Shown here piece after piece: positions 9,856 to 23,272 of a stretch of DNA of 64,000 bases (the stretch's first letter is position 1; each line of letters opens with the position of its first letter). Under the pieces are notes generated by a model that worked only from the letters and a program-made list of their open reading frames with translations, was not told where the DNA came from and did no database searches. A program made the position numbers and the translations under genes. Source of the stretch: Candidatus Microbacterium pullistercoris (GTDB lineage: Bacteria > Actinomycetota > Actinomycetes > Actinomycetales > Microbacteriaceae); NCBI GenBank assembly GCA_019119065.1, contig DWXU01000041.1, positions 660-64,659 on the forward strand, read 5' to 3'.

Positions 9856-10757
9856 TGTCCTTCCTCGGTCTCAGAACCCGTGCCGTCCGTACCGGTGAGG
9901 TTCTGCAGACGGTCGTACGCGTCGTTCACGTCGCCCGTGAGTCCCTCGTCGGCGAGGCCCTGAACGTAGGCCTCGTACTCCGACTCGCTCACGACGTCGA
10001 CGTTGAACAGCATCGCGGAGTGATATTCGCCGCACAGCTCGGCGCACTTGCCGGCGTAACGGCCCTCCTTGGTCGGGATGAACGACCAGGAGTTGTCGTG
10101 GCCCTGGTACATGTCCTTCTTGTACAGGAAGTCGATGATCCAGAACGAGTGGATGACGTCGCGCGACTGGAGGTCGATCGTGACCTTCTTGTCGACCGGC
10201 AGCACGAGCGTCGGGAGCGTGTCCTCGTCGACGTTTCCACCCTCGTCCGGGTTCACCTGCTCGCCCATCGTGTAGACGGTCTCGCCGGACCCCGTGGCCT
10301 CGTTGTACTGGAAGTCCCAGGCCCACTGCTTCGCGATCGCCGTGATCTCGACGTCGACCTCGTCCTCGTCCCACGGGGTCTCGAGGGCGGTCTGCTCGCG
10401 CACCGTGAAGGCGAACAGGCCGAACACGAGAATCAGCGGCACGGCCGTGAAGAAGATCTCGATCGGCATGTTGTAGCGCAGCTGCACGGGGAGGCCGGTC
10501 TGACCCTTGCGGCGGCGGTAGACGACCATCGCCCAGAGCATGAGGCCCCAGGTGATCACGCCCACGCCCAGCAGGACGATCCAGGAGCCGACCCACAGCG
10601 AGGCGATGCCCTCGGTCTGGTTCGTCGCCGCCTGACCAGACTCATCGAAGCCCGGCATATAACCGTGAAGCTCAGTGGGCGTGCACGCAGAGAGTGCAAG
10701 CGCAACCGCGGCGATCACGGGGACCGCGGCCCAACGGATACGGCGTTTCGACGACAC
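9852..10757 (-). CDS. ctaC: cytochrome c oxidase subunit II (lipoprotein-type signal)
   Basis: CuA motif HSFWI...[12 protein letters not shown] and lipobox LSAC. GTG 10757 is preceded by AAAGGTGA; GTG 10772 is the alternative. Overlaps ctaD by 4 nt. Confidence 0.9.
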   Translation of the reverse strand: MSSKRRIRWAAVPVIAAVALALSACTPTELHGYMPGFDESGQAATNQTEGIASLWVGSWIVLLGVGVITWGLMLWAMVVYRRRKGQTGLPVQLRYNMPIEIFFTAVPLILVFGLFAFTVREQTALETPWDEDEVDVEITAIAKQWAWDFQYNEATGSGETVYTMGEQVNPDEGGNVDEDTLPTLVLPVDKKVTIDLQSRDVIHSFWIIDFLYKKDMYQGHDNSWSFIPTKEGRYAGKCAELCGEYHSAMLFNVDVVSESEYEAYVQGLADEGLTGDVNDAYDRLQNLTGTDGTGSETEEGQ

Positions 10758-10875
10758 GAAGTCACCTTTCACACATGGATCTGACTACCGTCCATCCTAT
10801 GGCAACCACACACGCGGTTCATGCCACTCTCCCAGCGAGCTGGACATCGCGGACGGCGGGCGCGATGAACATGCG

Positions 10876-10905
10876 AATGGCCCGTGCGCGTGCGCACGGG
10901 CCATT
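10876..10905 (-). terminator. stem-loop downstream of erpA
   Basis: AATGGCCCGTGCGC-gt-GCGCACGGGCCATT is a 14-bp stem 13 nt beyond the erpA stop. Confidence 0.5.
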
Positions 10906-10917
10906 TCTCTGCCGTGA

Positions 10918-11283
10918 TCAGTGAAAGCTGTCGCCGCAGGCGCAGCTTCCGCCCGCATTGGGGTTGTCGATTGTGAAGCCCTGCTCCGAGATCGTGTCCT
11001 TGAAATCGATCGACGCGCCGTCGAGGTACGGCACCGACATGTTGTCGACGATGACCTCGATGCCATCGAAGTCGACGGTTTCGTCGCCGTCGAGGTAGCG
11101 CTCATCGAAGTACAGCTGGTAGATGAGGCCCGAGCAGCCTCCCGGCTGTACGGCCACTCGGAGGCGCAGGTCGTCGCGCCCTTCCTGCTCGAGCAGGCTC
11201 TTGACCTTCGCGGCGGCGGCGTCCGTGAGATTCACGCCGTGGGCGTGATCGGTCTCCGGTGCCGACAGTGTCGTGTCAGTCAT
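10918..11283 (-). CDS. erpA: iron-sulfur cluster insertion protein (HesB/IscA family)
   Basis: LRVAVQPGGCSGLIYQLYFD...GSCACGDSF. Start at MTDTT (ATG 11283). Confidence 0.85.
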   Translation of the reverse strand: MTDTTLSAPETDHAHGVNLTDAAAAKVKSLLEQEGRDDLRLRVAVQPGGCSGLIYQLYFDERYLDGDETVDFDGIEVIVDNMSVPYLDGASIDFKDTISEQGFTIDNPNAGGSCACGDSFH

Positions 11284-11352
11284 CACTGATCTCCTCGTAC
11301 GTAGCGGACCGCTGACGCGGTGTGCATTGGCGATTCTACCGGTCAAACCTGG

Positions 11353-12780
11353 TCAGGAGGCGGAGCCGCGGCGATTCAGCCGCGCGAGCAGCAGCGCCTC
11401 CGAGCGGATCGCATTGCGGAACGTCTCGATGTGCAACGATTCGTTGGGGCTGTGCGCGCGCGAGTGCGGATCCTCGACGCCGGTGACGAGGACCTGTGCC
11501 CCCTCGAACGCGTCGACGAGATCGGAGATGAACGGGATGGACCCGCCGATGCCGTAATCGACCGGATCCACGCCGTATCCGTCGGCGAGGGCGCCGCGCG
11601 CCTGCTCGAGTGCCCAGCCGTCCGCGTCGATCAGCACGCTGTCGCCGAGGTCGATCTCGCTGAAGGCGAGCTGCGCACCATACGGGGCATGCGCGCGCAG
11701 GTGTCGCTCGAGCGCGTCGTACGCGTCGGCGGAGGACTGCCCGGGCGCCACGCGGCAGCTGAGCACGACGGTCACCTCCGGCGCGAGCGTATTGCTCGCC
11801 GCTTCGACGGAGGTGAAGTCGATGCCGGTGACGGTGACGGTCGGCTTGTTCCAGATCCGACCGAGAATCGAGCCGTCGCCGACCGGGCGTACGCCGTCAC
11901 GGAGCCCGGTCTCGGCTCGCAGCTGTTCCTCCGAATACGACGGCGTGTCCGCCTCGCGGGTCTCGAGACCTTCGACGGCGACCGCACCCTCGGCGTCCCA
12001 CAGCGTGGCGAGCAGCGTCACAGCGGCCATCATCGCGTCGGGGACCGCCCCGCCGAACATTCCGGAATGCGACGCGTGGTCGAGGGTCGACACGGTGAGG
12101 TGGAACTTGGCGTTGCCGCGCAGCGACACCGTGAGCGCGGGCGTGCTCGAGTCGAGGTTGCCGGAGTCAGCGACGACGATGACATCCGAACGCATCGCAT
12201 CGGCATTCTCCTCGAGGAACGGCCGGAAGGAACGCGATCCGTATTCCTCCTCCCCCTCGACGAAGAGCACGACGCCGATGTCGAGTTCGTCGGCGGGGAC
12301 GGTTTCCGCGAGCGCACGCAGCGACGCGATGTGCGTCATCACGCCTGCCTTGTCGTCTGCCGCGCCGCGCGCAAAGATGCGCCCATCGCGCACCGTCGGC
12401 TCGAACGGGGGCGTCTCCCAGAGCTCGTCGTCACCCGGCGGCTGCACGTCGTGGTGTGCGTACAGCATGATGGTCGGACGGCCAGCCCGCGCGGGCCGCA
12501 CGGCGAGGACCGCCGGCTGCCCCAGCTCGGCCCCGTCGCCGTCCGCGACCGGGGCGCGGCGAATGTCGACGGTCTCGAACAAGCCGGTCTCGCGCGCGAG
12601 CTCGGCGATCCGCTCCGCGGAGCGCTGGAGCTGCGACTGATCGAACGCGGGCCAGGCGATACCGGGAATCCGCACGAGAGCGCCGAGATCGTCGACGGCC
12701 GCGGGAAAGCCGCCGGCGACGGCCTCGAGCAGCCGCGCCTCGTCGTCGGGAAGCTGAGCATCAGACGGCGTGGAAGTCAT
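11353..12780 (-). CDS. M20 family dipeptidase / metallohydrolase
   Basis: LYAHHDVQPPGDDELWETPPFEPTVRDGRIFARGAADDKAG...VEGEEEYGS. Start at MTSTPSD (ATG 12780). Confidence 0.85.
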   Translation of the reverse strand: MTSTPSDAQLPDDEARLLEAVAGGFPAAVDDLGALVRIPGIAWPAFDQSQLQRSAERIAELARETGLFETVDIRRAPVADGDGAELGQPAVLAVRPARAGRPTIMLYAHHDVQPPGDDELWETPPFEPTVRDGRIFARGAADDKAGVMTHIASLRALAETVPADELDIGVVLFVEGEEEYGSRSFRPFLEENADAMRSDVIVVADSGNLDSSTPALTVSLRGNAKFHLTVSTLDHASHSGMFGGAVPDAMMAAVTLLATLWDAEGAVAVEGLETREADTPSYSEEQLRAETGLRDGVRPVGDGSILGRIWNKPTVTVTGIDFTSVEAASNTLAPEVTVVLSCRVAPGQSSADAYDALERHLRAHAPYGAQLAFSEIDLGDSVLIDADGWALEQARGALADGYGVDPVDYGIGGSIPFISDLVDAFEGAQVLVTGVEDPHSRAHSPNESLHIETFRNAIRSEALLLARLNRRGSAS

Positions 12781-12825
12781 GCGGGTAATCTTATGGGGAT
12801 CCGCCGCCCGCGACCCGAGGTACCC

Positions 12826-13392
12826 ATGGCCAAGAATGCACAGCCCGCTGACGACGCGGCGACCCCCGAGCAGAAGACCGTGGGCAAGGGACGCCCGACG
12901 CCGACGCGCGCCGAGCAGCAGGCGAAGCGCGTGCGCCCCCTCGTTGCGACGACGAAGGAAGCGAAGAAGGCCGCTCGCTCGGAGATGCGCGAGCGGCAGG
13001 AGCGCGCCCGCGTCGGAATGCAGAACGGCGAGGAGCGTTTCCTCGGCCCCCGCGACAAGGGGCCGCAGCGCCGCTTCGCGCGCGACTGGACCGACGCCGG
13101 CTGGCACCTCGCCGAGTTCGTGATGCCGGCCATGGTCCTCGTCATCCTGCTCTCGCTGATCCCGCTGCCGTTCATGCAGTTCTGGTCATTCATCGGCCTG
13201 TGGGGATTCATCATCCTCGCGATCGTCGAGATGGTGTTCCTCGCGCGGCGCGTGAAGAAGAAGGCCGCCGACAAGTGGGGCGACCGCCGCGAGAAGGGCC
13301 TCGGCTGGTACGCCGCGATGCGCTCGATTCAGATGCGCTTCATGCGCATTCCGAAGCCGCAGGTGCGCCGCGGCGAGTACCCGCGCCTCTGA
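12826..13392 (+). CDS. DUF3043 domain-containing membrane protein
   Basis: Only the last 188 aa of ORF 11320..13392 look real: MAKNAQPADD...KGRPTPTRAEQQAKR...GPQRRFARDWTDAGWHLAEF plus two TM helices. Upstream, the frame is antisense to the M20 gene. Confidence 0.75.
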   Translation: MAKNAQPADDAATPEQKTVGKGRPTPTRAEQQAKRVRPLVATTKEAKKAARSEMRERQERARVGMQNGEERFLGPRDKGPQRRFARDWTDAGWHLAEFVMPAMVLVILLSLIPLPFMQFWSFIGLWGFIILAIVEMVFLARRVKKKAADKWGDRREKGLGWYAAMRSIQMRFMRIPKPQVRRGEYPRL

Positions 13393-13404
13393 TCCGTCGC
13401 GCCG

Positions 13405-14436
13405 TCAGCGACGCACGAGCGCACGGTTGATGCGCCGCGCCCAGAACGGGCCCTGATAGATGAATCCCGTGTACCCCTGGACGAGGGTCGCGCCGTATTC
13501 GAGGCGCTCGCGTACCTGGTCGGCGGTTTCGACGCCGCCAACCGAGATCACGCAGAAAGACGGATCCGGCGCGGCCTCGCGAACGATCGACAGGACCTCG
13601 AGCGAACGCTCGGCGACGGGTGGTCCGGAGACGCCGCCTGCCCCCATCGCCTCGACCTCGCGGGAGTCTGTCGCGAGCCCGTCGCGGGAGATCGTCGTGT
13701 TCGTCGCGATAAGGCCATCGAGACGCAGGTCGGCCGCGAGCCGCGAGATCGCGATGACCTCGTCGTCGGGCAGGTCGGGCGCGATCTTCACGAGCAGCGG
13801 CGTCGCACCGCACGCCTCGCGCACGGCCTCAAGCAGGGGACGCAGTGTTTCGACGGCCTGCAGTCCGCGCAGACCGGGAGTGTTCGGCGACGACACATTG
13901 ACCGCGACGTAGTCGGCGACCGGCGCGAGCATGCGCGCGCTGCGCACGTAGTCATCGAGCGCGGAATCGACATCGACGACGCGGCTCTTGCCGATGTTCG
14001 CCCCGACGACAGCTCCCCCGCGGCGCAGGCGCGCGAGGCGTCGTGCCGCGGCCGCCGCACCACGATTGTTGAAGCCCATGCGGTTGAGGAGGCCGCGGTC
14101 GGCGACGAGGCGGAACAGTCTCGGCGACGGATTACCGGGCTGCGGGATCGCGGTGACCGTGCCGATCTCGACGTGTCCGAACCCGAGCGCCCCCAGCCCG
14201 CGGACGCCTACGGCGTTCTTGTCGAAGCCCGCCGCGACGCCGAACGGGGTGGGGAACGTCACACCCAAGGCGTCGACACGGAGCGAGGGGTCCGGCTGCG
14301 TGAACCGTCGCACGATCGGACGGAGCGGAGCGGCTCCCATGAGACGGATGGCGACCATACCGAGGTGGTGCGCGGTTTCCGTGTCCAGGCGCTTGAGCAC
14401 GCCGCGGAACAGCAGGTCGTAGAGCATGCGGCTCAT
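13405..14436 (-). CDS. pyrD: dihydroorotate dehydrogenase (quinone), class 2
   Basis: [25 protein letters not shown] and ISVGGV motifs. The ATG overlaps the nrdR stop (ATGA). Confidence 0.9.
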   Translation of the reverse strand: MSRMLYDLLFRGVLKRLDTETAHHLGMVAIRLMGAAPLRPIVRRFTQPDPSLRVDALGVTFPTPFGVAAGFDKNAVGVRGLGALGFGHVEIGTVTAIPQPGNPSPRLFRLVADRGLLNRMGFNNRGAAAAARRLARLRRGGAVVGANIGKSRVVDVDSALDDYVRSARMLAPVADYVAVNVSSPNTPGLRGLQAVETLRPLLEAVREACGATPLLVKIAPDLPDDEVIAISRLAADLRLDGLIATNTTISRDGLATDSREVEAMGAGGVSGPPVAERSLEVLSIVREAAPDPSFCVISVGGVETADQVRERLEYGATLVQGYTGFIYQGPFWARRINRALVRR

Positions 14437-14903
14437 CCCTCGGCCGTGCGGGGCTCGCCGCGTCCGGCACGCAGGTCGGCGACGGCCTCTTCGAAGTCCT
14501 CGAGCGATTCGAACGCGCGGTACACGCTCGCGAATCGGAGATACGCGATCTCGTCGAGCTCGCGAAGCGGCTCGAGGATCGTGAGACCGATGTCGTTGGC
14601 CTCCAGGGTGCTCTGGCCCGACTGGCGAAGCGCCTCTTCGACCTTCTGCGCGAGCAGCGCGAGGTCATCGTCCGTCACGGGTCGTCCCTGGCATGCCTTG
14701 CGGACGCCGCTGACGACCTTGTCACGAGAGAACGGCTCGACCGCACCGGAGCGCTTGACGACGTTGAGGCTCGCGGTCTCGACCGTTGAAAAGCGGCCAC
14801 CGCACTCGGGGCACTGGCGGCGACGTCTGATCGACAGACCGTCGTCGCTCGTGCGCGAATCGATCACGCGGGAGTCGGGGTGGCGGCAGAATGGACAATG
14901 CAT
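14433..14903 (-). CDS. nrdR: transcriptional repressor NrdR
   Basis: [17 protein letters not shown]...[12 protein letters not shown] zinc ribbon followed by an ATP-cone. Confidence 0.95.
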   Translation of the reverse strand: MHCPFCRHPDSRVIDSRTSDDGLSIRRRRQCPECGGRFSTVETASLNVVKRSGAVEPFSRDKVVSGVRKACQGRPVTDDDLALLAQKVEEALRQSGQSTLEANDIGLTILEPLRELDEIAYLRFASVYRAFESLEDFEEAVADLRAGRGEPRTAEG

Positions 14904-14944
14904 GACGACACGACTTTACATGGCCGACTGCGTGTCCTCTCTGC

Positions 14945-16246
14945 TCAGCGCTCTCGGGCTCTGACCGCGTCGCCGTGCGCAGGCAACGCCTCTGCTTCCG
15001 CGAGCGTGACAATGCGATCCGCGACCGCCTCGAGCGCGGCCGCGTCGTACTCGATGACCTGTTGCGGGCGGAGGAAGGTATACGCGCCGAGACCCGAGGC
15101 GTATCGGGACTGTCCCCCGGTCGGCAGCACGTGGTTGCTGCCCGCCATGTAGTCACCGAGACTCACCGGCGTGGCGGGCCCCACGAAGATCGCGCCGGCG
15201 TTCGTGTAGCGGTCGGCCGCGGCGCGTGCATCCGCGACGTGGAGTTCGAGGTGCTCGGGACCGTACGTGTTGCTGAACGATTCCATCCCCGCAGCGTCGT
15301 CGACGAGCACGATCGCCGATTGGGGACCCGCGAGCGCCGCCGCGACGCGTTCCGCGTGCCGCGTCGTGGCCGCGATCTCACTCAGCGCGCTCTCGACGGC
15401 AGAGGCGAGGTCTTCAGACGTGGTCACGAGCACGGCGGCGGCCTGTTCGTCGTGCTCCGCCTGACTGACGAGGTCGGCGGCCACGAGAACGGCGTCGGCC
15501 GTCTCGTCGGCCGCGATGAGGATCTCGGTGGCACCCGCCTCCGCGTCGGTGCCGACGTCGCCAGCCACGACCCGCTTGGCGGACGCCACGAAGTTGTTTC
15601 CGGGGCCGGTGACGACGTCCACCGGGGCCAGGCCGAGCGATTCGACACCGTAGGCGAGGGCACCGATCGCGCCGGCGCCGCCGATCGCATACACCTCGTC
15701 GACGCCCAGGAGGCCGGCGACGGCGAGGATCGTCGGGTGCACGCGCCCCGCCGCATCGCACTGCGGCGGCGAGGCGAGGGCGATGCTGCGCACGCCCGCG
15801 ACCTGAGCGGGGACCACGTTCATGATGACGCTCGACGGGTACACCGCCTTGCCGCCGGGAACGTATACGCCGGCGCGCGCGACCGGCTGCCATCGCTGAC
15901 GCACGTGCGCGCCGGGCGCGATCTCGGTGTCACGCGGATCCGGGACCTGCGCCGCGGATCCAGCGCGCACACGGGCGATCGCCTCGTCGAGGGCGGCCCG
16001 CACGTCGCTGTCGAGTCCCGACAGGGCGTCATCGATGTGCTCCTGCGGAACACGTAGCGCGTGTCCCTCCACACGGTCGAACCGGGCCGCTTGATCGCGC
16101 AGTGCGTCTTCCCCGTCGCGTCGCACGGCCGCGACGAGCTCCCGCGCGGTGTCGAGCGCCGCCGCACGTGCGTCGCTGGCGCGTGGTACGGCAGAGAGCA
16201 GCTCTGTCGGGCTCAGCGCCCGACCCCTGAGGTCGATCGTGCGCAT
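14945..16246 (-). CDS. hisD: histidinol dehydrogenase
   Basis: Full-length similarity, including SQAEHD and GDYMAGSNHVLPTGG. Confidence 0.95.
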   Translation of the reverse strand: MRTIDLRGRALSPTELLSAVPRASDARAAALDTARELVAAVRRDGEDALRDQAARFDRVEGHALRVPQEHIDDALSGLDSDVRAALDEAIARVRAGSAAQVPDPRDTEIAPGAHVRQRWQPVARAGVYVPGGKAVYPSSVIMNVVPAQVAGVRSIALASPPQCDAAGRVHPTILAVAGLLGVDEVYAIGGAGAIGALAYGVESLGLAPVDVVTGPGNNFVASAKRVVAGDVGTDAEAGATEILIAADETADAVLVAADLVSQAEHDEQAAAVLVTTSEDLASAVESALSEIAATTRHAERVAAALAGPQSAIVLVDDAAGMESFSNTYGPEHLELHVADARAAADRYTNAGAIFVGPATPVSLGDYMAGSNHVLPTGGQSRYASGLGAYTFLRPQQVIEYDAAALEAVADRIVTLAEAEALPAHGDAVRARER

Positions 16247-16282
16247 GGTGTTCCTTTCGTGACCGCGAATGCGAGAGGTGCG

Positions 16283-17968
16283 TCAACCGCGGGTGATGCC
16301 GGAGGTGTCGTGGAGGTAACCGATCCGTCCGTCGTCATGTCGCATCACGAAGTAGCTGCCGCGGTCCTCAAGGACCAGAGCCCACGCCGTCGGCCCGACC
16401 CGGTAGATCGGGTTGCCGTCGAAGTCGTGCACATCGCGCTCGACCGGAGCCAGCGCCCAGAAAGGCTGCGGCGTCGCCGCGGCCTGCGGAGACGCGTCCG
16501 GCGCGGGAGCGGAGGCGCTCGCGGGGACGGCGGCCTCGGCGGAGACGGGGTCCGCGACGGCGGCGTCGGGCGCCGGTGCTGCGGAGAGGTCCGCAGGCGT
16601 CTCGGTTGCCGGCGGCGCATCGAACGTCACGACGGGGTCGGCGGAGGCCGCGGCCTCGTCCGATTCGAGGTCAGCGACGGGCGCGGATGCGTCCTCCGCG
16701 ACGGTTCCGGAGTCGGGAGCCGACTCCGTCTCCGGGGCTCGCGTCGAATCCGCAACCGATGCGCCGATATCGGCGACGGGCGCGTCCGGTTCGGCGACGG
16801 GCGCGCCCGGTTCGGGATCGGGCGTCACGCGCTCGGTTCCGGAAGGCGCGGCGTCGTGGGTCTCCGACGGCTCAACGGATCCGGTTTCAGACGCGGCGGG
16901 ATCGGCGGCCTCGTCCCCAAGAGGCGTCGCGTCGAAGACCTCGGCTGAGCGCGGCTGATCCGCGGAGACCGCCGCGCCCTGCTCCGGGGTCTGCCCGTCT
17001 GACGCGAGGGCGTCCTGCGGGTACGGGGCAGGCGCACTCTGCGCGTACGGCGGTGCAGTCTCCTGTCCGTACGACAGCGGTTGGTGCTGGCCGTACGGTC
17101 CAGGGGCGCCCTGTCCGAACATCGCCCCGTCCGCTCGTGGCGCGGGCATCGCCCCGGCGCCAGTGGCCGGCGTTGCGGACGACGGGGCCGCAGACGGATC
17201 ATGCGCAGGGTGGTACGGGCCGCCGTGCGGCGCGGGCGCAGGCGCAGGCCACGCCGGTGCGGCCGGTCGCACACGCTTCGCCAACGGACGCGCGGGGCGT
17301 GCGCTGGGGTGCGCCACCGTCTGTTCGCGCCCGACGAAATCGGCCGAGAACGGCGGGATGAACCGCGCGAACACCGTGAAGAACACCCCGGCGAGCGCGA
17401 CGACGAACGCGATCCATACGATGACTCCGGCGCGCAGCGGCGACCCAGAGCCGAACATGCCGTCGACGCCGCCGAACAATGCTCCCATCTGCTGGAAGAG
17501 ATCGTCGATCGCGGCGGAGACCTGAAGCAGGATGAGGCCCAGGTTCAGCCAGACGAACGCCGCCACGGCGAACGCGACCGATGCGAGTTGGTCGAGACTC
17601 AGCGCGCCGAGGTTGCGCAGACGAGGAACGAACCGTCGGAGTGCGATGAGGAGAACCGCGGCGAACGGGAAGAACGCTGCGCCGAGCCACGTGATGCCGA
17701 TCCCCCAGACCGGCGTGTATCCGCTGACCACGTCGACTGAGAACGTCGAGAAGAAGGACAGCACCGTGAGCGCAAGACCGAGCGCGATGACGATCCACTC
17801 GCGCAGCGTGTACAGCCCGAGTCCGGCCTGCGGTTCGACGCTGCGCTCGTCGCCGCCGGAGACGGACGACGCCTGATCGATGAAGCGGTGCGGCGCGGCC
17901 GTCGTGTCTGGACCTCCGTACGGAGCCTGCACGTGCCCTGCGGGGCCGCGCACGTTCTGATCGCTCAC
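16283..17968 (-). CDS. hypothetical membrane protein (N-terminal TM bundle, Pro/Ala/Asp-rich linker, small C-terminal domain)
   Basis: About 5 predicted TM helices (aa ~55-215), about 290 aa of low complexity, and a C-terminal FWALAPVERDVHDFDGNPIYRVGPTAWALVLEDRGSYFVMRHDDGRIGYLHDTSGI. No family recognised. Confidence 0.6.
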   Translation of the reverse strand: MSDQNVRGPAGHVQAPYGGPDTTAAPHRFIDQASSVSGGDERSVEPQAGLGLYTLREWIVIALGLALTVLSFFSTFSVDVVSGYTPVWGIGITWLGAAFFPFAAVLLIALRRFVPRLRNLGALSLDQLASVAFAVAAFVWLNLGLILLQVSAAIDDLFQQMGALFGGVDGMFGSGSPLRAGVIVWIAFVVALAGVFFTVFARFIPPFSADFVGREQTVAHPSARPARPLAKRVRPAAPAWPAPAPAPHGGPYHPAHDPSAAPSSATPATGAGAMPAPRADGAMFGQGAPGPYGQHQPLSYGQETAPPYAQSAPAPYPQDALASDGQTPEQGAAVSADQPRSAEVFDATPLGDEAADPAASETGSVEPSETHDAAPSGTERVTPDPEPGAPVAEPDAPVADIGASVADSTRAPETESAPDSGTVAEDASAPVADLESDEAAASADPVVTFDAPPATETPADLSAAPAPDAAVADPVSAEAAVPASASAPAPDASPQAAATPQPFWALAPVERDVHDFDGNPIYRVGPTAWALVLEDRGSYFVMRHDDGRIGYLHDTSGITRG

Positions 17969-18056
17969 TGTGGGTTCCTCTCCCTCATCATGTCTCGCAC
18001 CACACGATCGTACGGCGATGTGGCGGTGGACGCATTCAGCACCCCTGACGGCCGGC

Positions 18057-21569
<3,513 letters not shown>

Positions 21570-21743
21570 GAGGCCAGTCTAGATTCGACCTCCGACGCGG
21601 GAGGCGGCGTGTCTGAGCGTCTCGCGAATCGCCGCGCGACGTGTGTGGGAATCGGTTCACGACTCTCGCTTATTCGTACTTTTATCCACTTCTTCCCTCC
21701 ATTCTTCTTGTTTTATTCGTATATTTATTCTCCAATATGAATC

Positions 21744-23252
21744 ATGTTCACCCTCGTCCACCCCTCGCACGTGGAGCGAACGCGCGTCGCTTCCGCCGAG
21801 GCCATGCTGCGCGAGGTGACCGACCGCGTCGCGACGGTGACTGATGAGGATCTGGTTGCACTCGCTCGGGGCGCCGAAGCGCTCGGCCGCCACGTCGACG
21901 CGTTGCGAACGCGGATCGCGGGCGAAGTCGATGTTCGGTCGGATCGAGAGGCGGTGGCGCGCACCGATGACGATCGACTGTCTTCGAGATACGGCTGCCG
22001 CAACGCCGTCGAACTGCTCGAGAGGACCACGCGGGCATCCGTGAAGACGCTACGACAGCGGGGGCGCCTCGACCGTCACACCCGGACGCACACCACGCTC
22101 ACGGGGCACGTTCGGCCCGCCCGCTTCCCCGAGGTGTCCTGCGCCTTCCGCTCGGGATCGCTCAGCATGGACGCGGCCTGTTACCTCACCGACGAGTTCC
22201 CCCGCCTCGAGCGACGTGGCCACACCTCCGCCGCGGAAAGGACGATCGCTGAAGAGGAGATCATCCGAGCCGCCACCACCGCGATCGACGGCGTACCCGC
22301 GCACGACACCGCCGAGGCTCCCGACGATGGCGTGCTGCCGGAGACGTTCGACGAGTTCCGAATCGTCGTCGACACCTGGTCCACCTTTCTCGCGCGCGAC
22401 GGCATCGAACCAGACGCGGAGTACGCCGAGCGCTTCCGCGGCCTCAACCTCGGTCGGATGCGTGACGGATTGGTCCCTGTCTCCGGCAATCTCGTCCCCG
22501 AGGCCGCCGCCAGCCTTCAGCTGCTCTTCGACGCGCACAACGGATCCACCACGCGCTTTCGCACGTCACCAGAGGACGCACCCGCCAGCGCCGCGTGGAC
22601 CGACGACGAACAGGTCCACGACCCGCCTACGGCCCCGCAGAAGCGTCACGACGTGCTCGTCTCGATCATCCAGACGGCGGCAGCCGCGACGGACACTCCC
22701 TCACTCGGTGGCGCCGCCCCGACGCTGCAGATCAGCACGACGGTCGGGGACCTCGACGACGGCACCGCCATCATCGACCGCACGCAGACCCCGGTTCCCC
22801 CATCGCTCGCGCATCGCATCGCGTGCACGGGAGCCGTGCAGAAAGTCGTCTTCGATCGGAACGGACGCATCGTCCGCCTCGGTGCGCCTGACCGCCTCTT
22901 CAACGCTCATCAGCGACGCGCCATCGGCATACGAGACGGCGGGTGCATCATTCCGGGCTGCTCCATTCCCGCCGCTTGGTGCGAGGTCCACCATGTCACC
23001 GAATACGCGCACGGCGGCCCCACCCACACCGACAACGGCGTGCTGTTGTGCTGGGCCCACCATCACAGGCTCGAAAGGTCCGGGTGGCAGATTGAGATGC
23101 GCGGCGGCACGCCGTACGTGAAGGCACCGGGATGGATCGACCCACGCGGCATCTTCCGTGCCGTGCGAAACCATCGCACCGAGCGAGAACGGGTCCGAGA
23201 ACGCTCCCGCCACGAGACTCCGCCGCTACAGCTGCCGATTCCCGCGACGTAG
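21744..23252 (+). CDS. DUF222 / HNH endonuclease domain protein (13E12-repeat-like selfish gene family)
   Basis: C-terminal RRAIGIRDGGCIIPGCSIPAAWCEVHHVTEYAHGGPTHTDNGVLLCWAHHHRL is an HNH nuclease signature. The N-terminal ~380 aa resemble actinobacterial DUF222. Confidence 0.85.
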   Translation: MFTLVHPSHVERTRVASAEAMLREVTDRVATVTDEDLVALARGAEALGRHVDALRTRIAGEVDVRSDREAVARTDDDRLSSRYGCRNAVELLERTTRASVKTLRQRGRLDRHTRTHTTLTGHVRPARFPEVSCAFRSGSLSMDAACYLTDEFPRLERRGHTSAAERTIAEEEIIRAATTAIDGVPAHDTAEAPDDGVLPETFDEFRIVVDTWSTFLARDGIEPDAEYAERFRGLNLGRMRDGLVPVSGNLVPEAAASLQLLFDAHNGSTTRFRTSPEDAPASAAWTDDEQVHDPPTAPQKRHDVLVSIIQTAAAATDTPSLGGAAPTLQISTTVGDLDDGTAIIDRTQTPVPPSLAHRIACTGAVQKVVFDRNGRIVRLGAPDRLFNAHQRRAIGIRDGGCIIPGCSIPAAWCEVHHVTEYAHGGPTHTDNGVLLCWAHHHRLERSGWQIEMRGGTPYVKAPGWIDPRGIFRAVRNHRTERERVRERSRHETPPLQLPIPAT

Positions 23253-23272
23253 CGAACGTCGCCGCCAGCGCC

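Noticed and set aside
7693-9963. A 756-aa plus-strand ORF spanning the ctaF/ctaD region
   Set aside because: It is antisense to unmistakable CtaD/CtaF genes. The translation is an R/E/D/H/G-rich string with no motifs. Such long open antisense frames are expected at about 70% G+C.
11320-12825. The N-terminal 502 codons of the 690-aa ORF 11320..13392
   Set aside because: This part is antisense to the M20 dipeptidase gene and compositionally aberrant. Only the DUF3043 part from ATG 12826 is credible.
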